Source: an uncultured virus (IMG/VR IMGVR_UViG_2540341247_000004)
Lineage: Duplodnaviria; Heunggongvirae; Uroviricota; Caudoviricetes
Length of the DNA stretch: 64,000 bases
IMG/VR virus record: IMGVR_UViG_2540341247_000004
Strand: one strand, 5' to 3'
Shown: positions 10,227 through 20,006 of the stretch, piece by piece
Numbering within the stretch: position 1 is the first letter of the stretch
Layout of the letters: every line of letters begins with the position of its first letter
Notes under the pieces: model-generated
What the model saw: only the letters and a program-made list of their open reading frames with translations
Told to the model about the DNA's origin: nothing
Database searches by the model: none
Made by a program: the position numbers and the translations under genes

Positions 10227-10633
10227 TGGCCGGCTGGCGTGACAAAAAGGCGAAAGCCCTTTCTCGCGTCCACGAAACCTTCGTGGTCCCCGCCGTGTAT
10301 CTTACACACGCGGCGGGGACTCCTCTGCGAGTGGGAGTCCGAGTCCACACGAAGCAGGGCCGCGTCGAAAACGAATTCACATGGCCGAACACACCGGGTT
10401 TCCTTGAGCTTGAGCCGAGACTCATCTTCAAGGCGTCGGAAGTGTCCAACCCTGCCAACAAAGCGTTCGTCTTTGTGAGTTCGACCGAAGTCTACCGCCT
10501 GGGCGCAAGCAAGCCTGCGCGTGAAGGCTATATCGCAGTGGACGTGGTGGAAGCCTCTGCCGCCGAAATCGAAGCCGCCACCGCCCCATTCATTGGTGCG
10601 TTCGGCCCCGAATGGGAAGGGATTTATCCGTGA
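10226..10633 (+). CDS. Head-tail joining/closure protein
   Basis: Synteny; VHETF.VPAVY segment; coupled start/stop codons. Confidence 0.65.
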   Translation: MAGWRDKKAKALSRVHETFVVPAVYLTHAAGTPLRVGVRVHTKQGRVENEFTWPNTPGFLELEPRLIFKASEVSNPANKAFVFVSSTEVYRLGASKPAREGYIAVDVVEASAAEIEAATAPFIGAFGPEWEGIYP

Positions 10634-11280
10634 TCCCCACCCCATCAGTAGTGATCGAGATTGACGACGTGCTGTCGTCGCGCGGCCTTGATGACCTGAC
10701 GCCCGAGATCCAGACGGTTTTGGTAATGGCGCTGAACAAGATCGCTGCGAGTTCCCGCACAAAGTTCGACCGGGCGATCCGCAGGGAAGTTGCATTTCCA
10801 GCATCATATCTTCGACCGTCGGCCAAGCGCCTGTGGGTGCGGGAACGGGCCACCACGTCGAAGCTGGAAGCGACAATTCAGGGCCGTGGCCGCGCGACTT
10901 CACTCGCCCGGTTCACATCTGCCAAGCCGCTCAAGAGCGGGCAGAAGCGACGCAATCCCATTGAGGTCGAAGTGTCGCCGGGAAACCGGGTCAAACTGAA
11001 ACGGGCCTTTCTGGTAAACCTCAACACCGGGGAATCAAAGTCCGACGGTCTTAAGAACATGAATGTTGGGCTGGCGGTGCGAACCGACGGCACAAAACCT
11101 GCCAATTCCTACAAGCCCAAGCGCCTATCGAAAAACGCATGGCTTCTCTATGGGCCGTCGATTGACCAGACACTTATTGCGGCGACCGGCGGCGGTCTCG
11201 CCCTTGAAATGTCGGATGCCGCTCTTGCTGATCTGAACAAGGAAGTGGACCGCCTGCTTCGTTCGAAAGGAATAGTTTGA
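10630..11280 (+). CDS. Neck/tail completion protein (gpZ-like)
   Basis: Basic protein; TSLARF and LYGPSIDQ motifs; synteny. Confidence 0.7.
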   Translation: MIPTPSVVIEIDDVLSSRGLDDLTPEIQTVLVMALNKIAASSRTKFDRAIRREVAFPASYLRPSAKRLWVRERATTSKLEATIQGRGRATSLARFTSAKPLKSGQKRRNPIEVEVSPGNRVKLKRAFLVNLNTGESKSDGLKNMNVGLAVRTDGTKPANSYKPKRLSKNAWLLYGPSIDQTLIAATGGGLALEMSDAALADLNKEVDRLLRSKGIV

Positions 11281-11813
11281 TGCCAGCCGATCCGTTTCGC
11301 CTCCGAGTGCAAAAGGCCCTCACCGCAGCCCTCAAAGGGATCACGCCCGACAACGGTTTTGAACACGACCTGTCAGACTTCACCGACGATCACGGGCGGC
11401 CGGCTGAACGGGTTTTCCGTGGGCGGGATGAGTTCGGTGCGAACGATCCCCTTCCGATGCTTTCGGTCCTAGAGGACCCCCGTTCGCTTGACCCGAACAA
11501 CGCTTCGGATGGAAACCCCGAGACGACTGGGAACTACCGCCTTCTCATTCAGGGATTCGTTCCAGACGACCTGGAACATCCCACCGATCCCGCCCACCAT
11601 CTGGCGGCTGACGTCATAACTGCACTGGTTCGCACCAAGGCCGACAAGTTCGATATCCTCGGACTGGGGCGGCGCAGTCCCTGTGTCACCAAGATGGTGA
11701 TTGGTCAACCAGTGGTTCGTCCCGCCGACAACGACATATCGAGCGTGGCCTTCTGTTTCTTGTCTGTCACACTGACGCTTGTGGAAGACATGGAAAACCC
11801 TCGCGCCCTTTAA
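11277..11813 (+). CDS. Tail terminator protein
   Basis: ITPDNGF..DL, VFRGR..FG..DPLP.LS.LE; directly before major tail gene. Confidence 0.75.
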   Translation: MMPADPFRLRVQKALTAALKGITPDNGFEHDLSDFTDDHGRPAERVFRGRDEFGANDPLPMLSVLEDPRSLDPNNASDGNPETTGNYRLLIQGFVPDDLEHPTDPAHHLAADVITALVRTKADKFDILGLGRRSPCVTKMVIGQPVVRPADNDISSVAFCFLSVTLTLVEDMENPRAL

Positions 11814-11865
11814 GCGGGGTCTTTTTCACTGTATATGTGAATCAAACCAAAGGAGTGAAACTAAA

Positions 11866-12645
11866 ATGGCATCCGAATATCTTACACTGGGGCGCGGTGA
11901 AGTCTACTTCGCACCCTTCGCAGCCGGAACCAAGACGCCCCTGGGCTTCGACTTTTTCGGCAACTGCCCGTCCTTCAACCTGAACGTGACCGTCGAGGAA
12001 CTGACCCATCAGGACTCCACGAACAAGCTCAAGGAAGAAGACGAGGCCGTGATTACCGCGCGCATGATGGGCGGCACGATCAGCTGCGACGACATGCGTC
12101 CGAAGAACCTGGCCCGCTGGTTCCTGGGCACAGGGACGACCGTCACGCAGGGCTCCGTTTCCGAGACGACGGAAGAATTTGAAGACGTGGTTCAGGGTGC
12201 AATCTACCGCATCGGCGTGTCCGACTCGGCCCCGACCGGCCTCAAGAACATCACCGTCGATTCCATCGAAGATGATGAGGCCACTCCGACCGTCTTTGTC
12301 GCTGGGACCGACTACATCGTGGACAGCGAACGCGGCACGGTCCAGATCGTGGAAGGCGGCGGTATCGATGATGGCACCAACATCACCGTTACCTACGAAG
12401 CCGCATCGGCCACCTACGCCCAGGTGATTTCCGGCCAGACCGACATCATGGGTTCGTTGTGGTTCAAGTCGCAGAACGCCGTCGGCAAAGATGCAGATTA
12501 CATCATTCCGTATGTCAAGCTGCGCCCGGAAGGCGACCTGGCCCTGATCGGGGACGACTGGATCAGTTTCAGCTATACGGTCAAGGGCCTGCGCCTGCCG
12601 AACCGTGGCCTGCTGTATCGCGACGACGTGCCGGTGGTGATCTGA
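11866..12645 (+). CDS. Major tail tube protein
   Basis: LGRGEVYF..F, GNCP.F, L.PEGDLALIGDDW; AGGAG RBS. Confidence 0.85.
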   Translation: MASEYLTLGRGEVYFAPFAAGTKTPLGFDFFGNCPSFNLNVTVEELTHQDSTNKLKEEDEAVITARMMGGTISCDDMRPKNLARWFLGTGTTVTQGSVSETTEEFEDVVQGAIYRIGVSDSAPTGLKNITVDSIEDDEATPTVFVAGTDYIVDSERGTVQIVEGGGIDDGTNITVTYEAASATYAQVISGQTDIMGSLWFKSQNAVGKDADYIIPYVKLRPEGDLALIGDDWISFSYTVKGLRLPNRGLLYRDDVPVVI

Positions 12646-12649
12646 TCCC

Positions 12650-13078
12650 ATGAGCCTCGAAAGCTACCGCATCCCGACCGAAAAGGTCACTGTCGATGGT
12701 CAGGACGGCGAAGTTACCTTCGTCGTCCGTGGCCTTTCCGCAACCGCAATCAGCGCCCTGATCCGCAGTCAAGGCGAAACAATGCAGGGTCTCTACGTCC
12801 GCGCCATTTCCAACGAATTCGACGTGGGTGACGTGGAAACCCTGCTTCAAATCCTACTGGACGAGTCCCCGCTGCTGGTGGCGCTGATTATCGCCTTCGG
12901 CGTCGGTGAACCCGAACAGTGGCAAACGGCCCAGGACATGCCGTTTGCTGACCAAACGGTTCTGATTGACGCCATCGTTCGCATGACTTTTGCGCGTGAG
13001 GGCGGCGTAAAAAAGGTGATCGAGATCATCAAACGGGCAATGACGCAGGCGGAAGCGCACGACCCCCGAAAAGCCTGA
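12650..13078 (+). CDS. Tail assembly chaperone (G)
   Basis: Between tail tube and tape measure; VRGLS...I..L motif; slippery heptamer A-AAA-AAG at 13009-13015. Confidence 0.85.
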   Translation: MSLESYRIPTEKVTVDGQDGEVTFVVRGLSATAISALIRSQGETMQGLYVRAISNEFDVGDVETLLQILLDESPLLVALIIAFGVGEPEQWQTAQDMPFADQTVLIDAIVRMTFAREGGVKKVIEIIKRAMTQAEAHDPRKA

Positions 13079-13338
13079 GTGAGTGGTTTGCAGGGGTGCG
13101 CCGGCAGGTGAGTCTTCTGATCGAAGCAGGCCATACTGGTGCACCCGAATACCCACTGGGCAAGCTGACTGATGAGGTCGAATTGGTAGTAGCGCGGCAG
13201 AATACGCGCCTCGCTTCCGAAATGGCCCTGATGCAGATGGTGATCTCGACCCAGCCAAATGAGCGGATCAAGCCGTCCTCGACCCGCAAAACTATAAGCC
13301 GACTCAACGAAGTGCTTAACAAACTGACAGGTGCATAA
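12650..13338 (+). CDS. Tail assembly chaperone G-T fusion made by programmed -1 frameshift
   Basis: In-frame A AAA AAG at 13009-13015; the -1 frame stays open to the TAA overlapping the tape-measure ATG. Confidence 0.8.
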
Positions 13339-16300
13339 TGGCAGAGCGGCGTCGTGATATTGAAATCGCACTCAAGGCACGGGACGAATACAGTGCCGAA
13401 TTGAAGAAGGCGAAAACGGCGCTATCCGGTTTTGCCGCCGCGCAGGCTAAGACGCAGGCGCGGCGCACCATGCTGACCAATGCAAAGAGCGAGATCGAAG
13501 GCACCGCCGCAGCCTACAACCGGGCGCAGGCCGACGCGCAGCGTTACGCCAAATCCATGGTGGACGTCGCCCGAGCGGACAAACTCAGTGCAGCAGAGCA
13601 ACGTGAACTGCGCGACGCTTTCGCCCTGTCCCGCGACCGTGCGCGCGAACTCAAGACGGCCTTGACCGCCAAGCGCGCCGAGATGATGGCGCTTCGCGGG
13701 GCCACGAACGGATCGATCAAGAGCTTCTTCGAAAAAGCCAAGGCCATCGAAACTTCGGCTAACGCCGCGCGTGAGGAAACCGCTGCCCTGGGCGGGACGG
13801 CTGTTCAGCTGCGTCGCCTGCGCGAAGAGTCCAATGGCGCAGCATCCGCGCAAAAACGCCTTGCGACCCAGATGCGCAACACGACGGGTATGACTCGGGC
13901 AGGTGGGCCTGACTTCGCATCTCGCACAGCGGACGCATATGCTACCCGGCAAGGCCGTGGGCCACTGGGCCTGCGCCCCTACGAACTTACAAACCTGTCC
14001 TATCAGATCAACGACGTCGTGTCGGGTCTAGCAATGGGTCAGGCACCGATGCAGGTGTTCGCCCAGCAAGCGGGCCAGATCATCCAGATTTTCCCGAAGC
14101 TGATGACGGCGATCTTCCGGTTCGCCCCGGCGATTGCAGTTCTGACACCGTTCGCCGCCGCTCTGATTCGCATCAAGAACGAGGCGAACACCCTGCGCGA
14201 ACTTGAGCAAAACCTGACCCTCACAGGTGATGCTGCAATCTATTCCGCCGAGCGTCTTGCGAAGATCACCATTGAGGCAAGTCGGGCAGGCATGAGCCTA
14301 AAGGATGCGAAGGCTGCGGTTGCAGCATTTGTTGACGCCGATCTTGGACAATCTCAGATTGCTGGCCTTGTGGAAATGAGCCGCCAATTGGCGTCGGTGA
14401 CGGGGGAGGACGTGCCCGACGCGGCGAAGCGATTGGCCGATGCGTTCTCAGGCGGGATCGACTCCGTGCGGGAGCTGGATCAGGAAATGAACTTCCTGTC
14501 AGCATCCCAGTATGAATTGATCCGGTCCCTGTCCGACGGCGGCCGCGAAACCGAGGCGATGATTGTCGCTCAAAAGGCCCTTGCAGATCAACTGGACGAA
14601 GCGGCAGGCAAGGCCAGTGACGGAGGCCCTTGGACACAAGCGTTCTTGAACCTTGGGCAAGCGTGGAACAATCTCATCGAGTGGCTTTCCAGCACCGCAG
14701 TCATTGAAGGTGCCATCGCTCTGATGGAAGCCCTGGGTGTTGCCGCTGAGAAGGCTACCGGTCTGATCGCATCCGCCCTGGACAGCGCCAACGAAGAAAT
14801 CCCGTCGATTGAGATCCAAGTTTCGACCATGAGCGACGCGGAACTGGACAAGGAAATCTCCTGGATCAAGCGTGAGATTGAAGGCGAGAAGGTCGCCATT
14901 TCCGTGACGCCTTTCACCGACACGTCCCAATATCTCAAAGACCTTGAGTCCGAATTGGCATATCTTGAGCGTGTCCGCGCCATGCCCACGGACGAGCGGT
15001 CGGACGCGATGAATGTTCCGGTATTCGAGACCGAGCAAGCGGCCAAGTCTGCCGAAGACTGGAACGAACAGATGCAGGCTATTGACGCCGGGCACCGCCG
15101 TATCGCGGAAGAAGCCAAGCGTCGCCAGAAACTCGAAATCGACATCAGCCGGATCGTGGAAGATCAGCTTGAGTCCGTCGAAGAAGAACTCAAGCTGGCT
15201 GAACTGACCAAGCGCGAACGCACCATTGAAGAAGCCCTGATCGAAGCCAGAAACGAGGCACTGGAACGCGCGAACGAACTGGGACTGGAATTCCTTGGGC
15301 TGACCAAGAAACAGACTGCCGCGATCCGTGAGCAAGTCGGTGCCCTGTTCGACCGAAACAACCAGGCAGACTCTTCCCAGTATGAATCCGAATACACGGC
15401 AACGCGCTTCTCGGGTAAAGGTGAGCAACAAGCCGAGCTGGTGGCGGCTGCGGTCGAGGTAGCACGTCGCCTTGGCGTCGACGCCAAAGACATCCTGACC
15501 GCGATGAGCTACGAAACCGGGGGAACCTTCGACCCGTGGCAGGCCGGCCCGACTACCCAATGGGGTCAACATCGCGGCCTGATCCAGTGGGGCGAACCGC
15601 AGCGCGAGAAATATGGCGTCACGCAGGATCAGCCAATTGGCGACCAGGTGCGCGCGGCAGGCCGCTATCTGCAAGATGCGGGCGTGAAGGCGGGCGACGG
15701 CCTGCTGCAAATCTACGCGGCGATCAACGCCGGAAACGCCCGGAAATACGACGCCAGTGATGCCAACAATGGCGGGGCACCGGGCACCGTGCGCGACAAG
15801 GTGAACGACCAGATGGGCGGTCACAAGGCCCGCGCCGAAGGTCTCTTTGCGGCCTATTCCGGCATCGCGAAGACCGCCGAAGAAACGCTTGAGACCGAGG
15901 AAAAGCGCGCCGAGACCGCTGCCGAATTCCACGCCCAGAAGCGGATGGAACTGGAAGACGCATCCTACGAGCAACAGCTTGCCCAGCAAAACCTTGTCGA
16001 TCGCGAGGTTGCCCTTGCCCTGCGCGAAGCCGAGCGTGAGGCGCAGGAAGCCGGGACACAGTTGACGGCAGAACAGCGCGCTGAAATCGAGCGCATCACC
16101 CGTCTGAAATTCGAACAGAAAAGCCTGGACGAAGAACGCAACGCCTCGCTCAAGGAAGCGAAGGAGATGGAGGCTGAGGTCGCCCGCCTCAAGGAAAAGC
16201 GGGACTTCCTCAAGCAAGAAGGCGAGCTTGCCATTGCGGCGGGCGACCAGGAAGGGGCCACCGCCGCCGCGCAGGAACTCGAACTGGTCAACCAGCAATT

Positions 16301-17024
16301 GGACGAGGCCATCACCAAGGCCATCGCCTTTTGGCAGGCCCTTGGCGGCGAGGGTGCTGCATCCGCGATTCAGTCGCTTGAGATCCTGCGGGCAGAACTT
16401 GGTCGGACGGATCAGCAGACACGCATCACCGGGGACGCAATCAACCAGGTGATCGGGAACGCCGCAGTCAGCGCCTTCGACAATTTCGCCAAGGCCATCG
16501 CCAATGGTGAAGACGCGGGTGAGGCTTTCAAAAACGCCTTCATGCAAATGGCAAGTGAGATCCTTTTGCAGATTGGTCGGATGATCCTGCAACAAGCCAT
16601 CTTCAACGCACTAAGCGGCATGTTCGGCGGCATGGGCCTGGGCGGCAAGATCGCGGGAGGTATCAACGGACTCATGTTCCACACGGGCGGGATCGCAGGA
16701 CAAGGTAGTTCTTCGCGACGTGAGTTGCCCGCAGGTATCTGGGCGAACGCAATCCGCTATCACACCGGAGGGATCGCGGGACTCGCACCGAATGAAGTCC
16801 CGACCATCTTGCAGAAGGGTGAGGAAATTCTGACAGAGGACGACCCGAACCACCGCAATAACCGCGACAAGGGTCAGGGTAATGGCGGCCGGGGAATGAC
16901 CGTCGTCAACGCCTTTGACAGCCCAGGTTTCCTTGAAAGCGCACTGGCCGATAACCGTGGGCAGGATGCTTTCATCAACTTTGTCCGTGCCAATCAAGAC
17001 AGTATCAAACAGGCGTTGGGCTGA
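13338..17024 (+). CDS. Tape measure protein with internal lysozyme-like domain
   Basis: 1228 aa, Ala-rich; LSYQINDVVSGL..GQAP.QVF.QQ.GQI; internal MSYETGGTFDP...GLIQWG; C-terminal HTGG repeats. Confidence 0.93.
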   Translation: MAERRRDIEIALKARDEYSAELKKAKTALSGFAAAQAKTQARRTMLTNAKSEIEGTAAAYNRAQADAQRYAKSMVDVARADKLSAAEQRELRDAFALSRDRARELKTALTAKRAEMMALRGATNGSIKSFFEKAKAIETSANAAREETAALGGTAVQLRRLREESNGAASAQKRLATQMRNTTGMTRAGGPDFASRTADAYATRQGRGPLGLRPYELTNLSYQINDVVSGLAMGQAPMQVFAQQAGQIIQIFPKLMTAIFRFAPAIAVLTPFAAALIRIKNEANTLRELEQNLTLTGDAAIYSAERLAKITIEASRAGMSLKDAKAAVAAFVDADLGQSQIAGLVEMSRQLASVTGEDVPDAAKRLADAFSGGIDSVRELDQEMNFLSASQYELIRSLSDGGRETEAMIVAQKALADQLDEAAGKASDGGPWTQAFLNLGQAWNNLIEWLSSTAVIEGAIALMEALGVAAEKATGLIASALDSANEEIPSIEIQVSTMSDAELDKEISWIKREIEGEKVAISVTPFTDTSQYLKDLESELAYLERVRAMPTDERSDAMNVPVFETEQAAKSAEDWNEQMQAIDAGHRRIAEEAKRRQKLEIDISRIVEDQLESVEEELKLAELTKRERTIEEALIEARNEALERANELGLEFLGLTKKQTAAIREQVGALFDRNNQADSSQYESEYTATRFSGKGEQQAELVAAAVEVARRLGVDAKDILTAMSYETGGTFDPWQAGPTTQWGQHRGLIQWGEPQREKYGVTQDQPIGDQVRAAGRYLQDAGVKAGDGLLQIYAAINAGNARKYDASDANNGGAPGTVRDKVNDQMGGHKARAEGLFAAYSGIAKTAEETLETEEKRAETAAEFHAQKRMELEDASYEQQLAQQNLVDREVALALREAEREAQEAGTQLTAEQRAEIERITRLKFEQKSLDEERNASLKEAKEMEAEVARLKEKRDFLKQEGELAIAAGDQEGATAAAQELELVNQQLDEAITKAIAFWQALGGEGAASAIQSLEILRAELGRTDQQTRITGDAINQVIGNAAVSAFDNFAKAIANGEDAGEAFKNAFMQMASEILLQIGRMILQQAIFNALSGMFGGMGLGGKIAGGINGLMFHTGGIAGQGSSSRRELPAGIWANAIRYHTGGIAGLAPNEVPTILQKGEEILTEDDPNHRNNRDKGQGNGGRGMTVVNAFDSPGFLESALADNRGQDAFINFVRANQDSIKQALG

Positions 17025-17026
17025 CC

Positions 17027-18700
17027 ATGAGAACGATAAAGAACCGCATCGGCAGGATCGTAGCGCGACCGCCTAACTGGACTTCCAGTGTGGTAGAGGC
17101 ATACGAGTATCAGACCTCCATATTCACATCCAACGATGGACAGGAAGTTCGTGAAAGTTCGCGGGCGATCCCCAGAGTCACCGTTTCGTATCGTCAGGAC
17201 GCCTTGGATCAGGTGGCCGAAGAAGTGCTGTATGATGCGGTCGATTTCACCAACACAGGATTGAAGCGTGTGCCTTTGACATGGCGTTCGGTCACGCTTT
17301 CATCTGCGGCTTCCGCCGAGTCGGTATTTGTCCAGTTCAGCGGCGCAGCGCCATGGTGGCTTGTCGCCGGGGCGCAAGTCGTCCTTGAGTCCTCACACAC
17401 CATAGAAGCCGCCACCGTGCAATCTGTGGCGGGATCGGTCGTGACTCTGTCGGATGAACTGGCATCGGACTTTGCCGCAGGTGACCGCATGTGTTTGAGC
17501 TTTGACGCCCGTCACAGCGCCACCCAGAGCCTCGCCTCCCGTGTTCGCGGGCATCGGGGAGGGACTGTCGACTTCGAAGCTGACCCGGCGTCGGTGCCCG
17601 CGTGGCCTGTGTCCTACGACGATGTGTCCAGTCACGAAGGCTACGACGTGTTCCCGTTCAAGCCGAACTGGGCCTTGCAGCCCACAGTTCGGATGGACTC
17701 GATGGCCGATATCCTAGACCATGGCCGGGGCGTTATTCATGTTTCCCGAGATCCTGAATTCGGGTCGGTCCAGCAAACCATGCTGTTCACCGATCTGGAC
17801 ACTGGCAAGATGGACGCCCTCATCGGGTTCTTCCGTCGCAAGCGCGGCCGCCGTGGGCATTTCTGGATGCAATCGAGAGTCGGATTCCTGAACGTGACAG
17901 ACGGGGCTGCGGAAGGAAGCACGACCATCCAAGTTGAATCGGACGTTGCCTATCGCATGCGGGACGACCAGCGGTTCACCACCATCGTCGCGACCTGGCC
18001 CGATGGTGCGGTGCAGTTCAACAGGGTTCTTTCGTCTGCTCTGCACGTTTCGGGCGACACTATCCTGACGCTGGAAGACGAGTGGGAACGTGCTGTGCCC
18101 GCAGGCGATCAGCTGGACTGGGCTTTCTTCGCCCGGTTCGCATCAGATCGAATGACTATCAACTGGATCACCGCGAAGGTTGGCGAAACCGAATTGCCGT
18201 TCGAGATACTGCCCAACGATTGGGTGAACACCACAAAGGAATGGGAGGGTGGCATCAAGAAGTTTCCCGGCCCACAAGGTGCATGGAACGACCAGGATCA
18301 TAGTGACTATTACACCCATATCGTGTTCGAGGAAATCGGGTTCCCTCTGAGTCTGGTAGACCGAGAACGGGCCTACTTTTCCGCAAACATGAATTTGCTC
18401 TGGGAAAACGATAGCATCGTCCCCAGAAACGAAACCGTCGGGATCAGGGTCAGGTATTTTGACGGCGACGGTGTTGAGTTGGACGATGACTCAGACATGA
18501 GAACCGCGTTCAACGATGCAGGTTCAACAATAGTCGTGCCGCGCGCAATTGCGCGTCGCATGCTTCCCGTGGGGTGTAGGTCCATCAAAATCGTCTCGGG
18601 GATCACCAACGAACGAACCGGAAACGATGTCTCGGGTTGGACGCTTGAGGGTCGAAATTGGGGCCTGTTCTTTTCAGAGGATAATTTGCTATGGCCGTAA
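17027..18700 (+). CDS. Distal tail/tail tip protein
   Basis: Follows tape measure; PNW repeats, FFRRKRGR..HFW, RFASD. Confidence 0.7.
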   Translation: MRTIKNRIGRIVARPPNWTSSVVEAYEYQTSIFTSNDGQEVRESSRAIPRVTVSYRQDALDQVAEEVLYDAVDFTNTGLKRVPLTWRSVTLSSAASAESVFVQFSGAAPWWLVAGAQVVLESSHTIEAATVQSVAGSVVTLSDELASDFAAGDRMCLSFDARHSATQSLASRVRGHRGGTVDFEADPASVPAWPVSYDDVSSHEGYDVFPFKPNWALQPTVRMDSMADILDHGRGVIHVSRDPEFGSVQQTMLFTDLDTGKMDALIGFFRRKRGRRGHFWMQSRVGFLNVTDGAAEGSTTIQVESDVAYRMRDDQRFTTIVATWPDGAVQFNRVLSSALHVSGDTILTLEDEWERAVPAGDQLDWAFFARFASDRMTINWITAKVGETELPFEILPNDWVNTTKEWEGGIKKFPGPQGAWNDQDHSDYYTHIVFEEIGFPLSLVDRERAYFSANMNLLWENDSIVPRNETVGIRVRYFDGDGVELDDDSDMRTAFNDAGSTIVVPRAIARRMLPVGCRSIKIVSGITNERTGNDVSGWTLEGRNWGLFFSEDNLLWP

Positions 18701-19548
18701 GCGAGTTCATGCGTTCCAGGGCAGGTGGCAGCACTGTCGATCTGTTCGAGTTCGTATATGGCGATCAACCTGGCGATTATTGGGGATATACCAATTCGGT
18801 CACCGCTATTGATTGGGGAGGAAAAACCTACTCTCCCGCTCCGATCACACACGGCGGCTTCGAGTCGAAGGGTAAGGGTTCCGACAACGGCCTGAACGTG
18901 ACGGTATCACCAGACATGGCGATTAGTGAGCTGTTCAGGGGCACCCTGCCCCGCCGGGTGATCTATTTGCGGGTCTACACTGGCGACCTCGCTGACCAGG
19001 AGACTCCGACGGGGTGGCTGGACACAGGCGACCAGTTCGGCCTGATCTGGTTCGGGAGGGTGGTCGAGAAGAACCGCAAGCTGAACGAGGTCACCTTGAC
19101 TTGTTCGACCCTCGGAGCTGGCATGAAGGAACCCGGCCTTTCACGGTTCTATCAGCGCGAATGTGGGCACAGGCTTTATGGTCCCTACTGTCAAGCAGAC
19201 AAGGATGCGGCCAAGACAACAGTGGAAGTGGTTGACGGCAACGGTCTGGCGATCGAGCTAGCCGAGGGATGGGAAGGTTCAAGGAATCAGCGTGATTTCA
19301 TCGGTGGTCTGGCAGAATGGGAGACCTCTACCGGGCGCGAGTATCGCAGGATTGTCGGCGTCGGAAATGAATTCGTCCGGGTCGATAGTCCGTGCGTCGG
19401 ACTTTCCCCTGCTGTTGACTTGGACCTCTTTCTGGGCTGCGCCAGAACACTGGATGCCTGTGAGAACCTTCACGACAATATCGTCAACTATGGGGGGCAG
19501 TTCGCGATTCCCCAGATCAACCCCGTAAACCGCAACAATCATACCTGA
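18691..19548 (+). CDS. Tail tip protein (DUF2163/BR0599-type, Cys-containing)
   Basis: YQRECGHRLY.PYC and GCARTLDAC...HDNIVNYGG....P..NP. Confidence 0.85.
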   Translation: MAVSEFMRSRAGGSTVDLFEFVYGDQPGDYWGYTNSVTAIDWGGKTYSPAPITHGGFESKGKGSDNGLNVTVSPDMAISELFRGTLPRRVIYLRVYTGDLADQETPTGWLDTGDQFGLIWFGRVVEKNRKLNEVTLTCSTLGAGMKEPGLSRFYQRECGHRLYGPYCQADKDAAKTTVEVVDGNGLAIELAEGWEGSRNQRDFIGGLAEWETSTGREYRRIVGVGNEFVRVDSPCVGLSPAVDLDLFLGCARTLDACENLHDNIVNYGGQFAIPQINPVNRNNHT

Positions 19549-19557
19549 AAGTTAGCC

Positions 19558-19800
19558 ATGGCTATTCCATTTCTTGGACAATTGATAATCGGCGTGGTAA
19601 TGCTGATCGGGGCCTATATTTTTGCACCCAAGCCGAAACAACCCAAGCCACCAAGTCTGGATGACCTGGAAGCACCGACTTCGGAAGCCGGTCGCCCGAT
19701 CCCGGTAATTATGGGATCAGTTACGATCAAAGGTTTGAATGTGCTATACAGTGGCGACAAGAGTCGCAAAACCCGTAAGGTGAAAAGCGGAAAGAAATGA
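19558..19800 (+). CDS. Small tail assembly protein
   Basis: Hydrophobic N-terminus, then PTSEAGRPIPVIMGSV.IKG.NV. Confidence 0.75.
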   Translation: MAIPFLGQLIIGVVMLIGAYIFAPKPKQPKPPSLDDLEAPTSEAGRPIPVIMGSVTIKGLNVLYSGDKSRKTRKVKSGKK

Positions 19801-20006
19801 GCGAACAGAAAGTCACTATCAACGACTGCCGCGCAGCCGGGTTTTGCGTAAAAGGAGTCAAGGCCCACTGTGACACACTCGGGATCGATTTTCGCCGCCT
19901 TGTCCGCGAAGGGTTGCCTTTTTCGGAACTGGAAAAATTTGATGACCATGCGGTGGTGAAATCCATCCAAAAGGCAAAAGAGCGCACGGGAGTTTACAAT
20001 GGGTAG
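19797..20006 (+). CDS. Small tail assembly protein
   Basis: D.RAAGFC..G......LGIDFR....EG motif; synteny. Confidence 0.7.
   Translation: MSEQKVTINDCRAAGFCVKGVKAHCDTLGIDFRRLVREGLPFSELEKFDDHAVVKSIQKAKERTGVYNG

Noticed and set aside
8795..10903. 702-aa minus-strand ORF (likewise 14499-16595 and 7619-8590)
   Set aside because: Antisense shadows of well-supported, codon-biased structural genes in GC-rich DNA.
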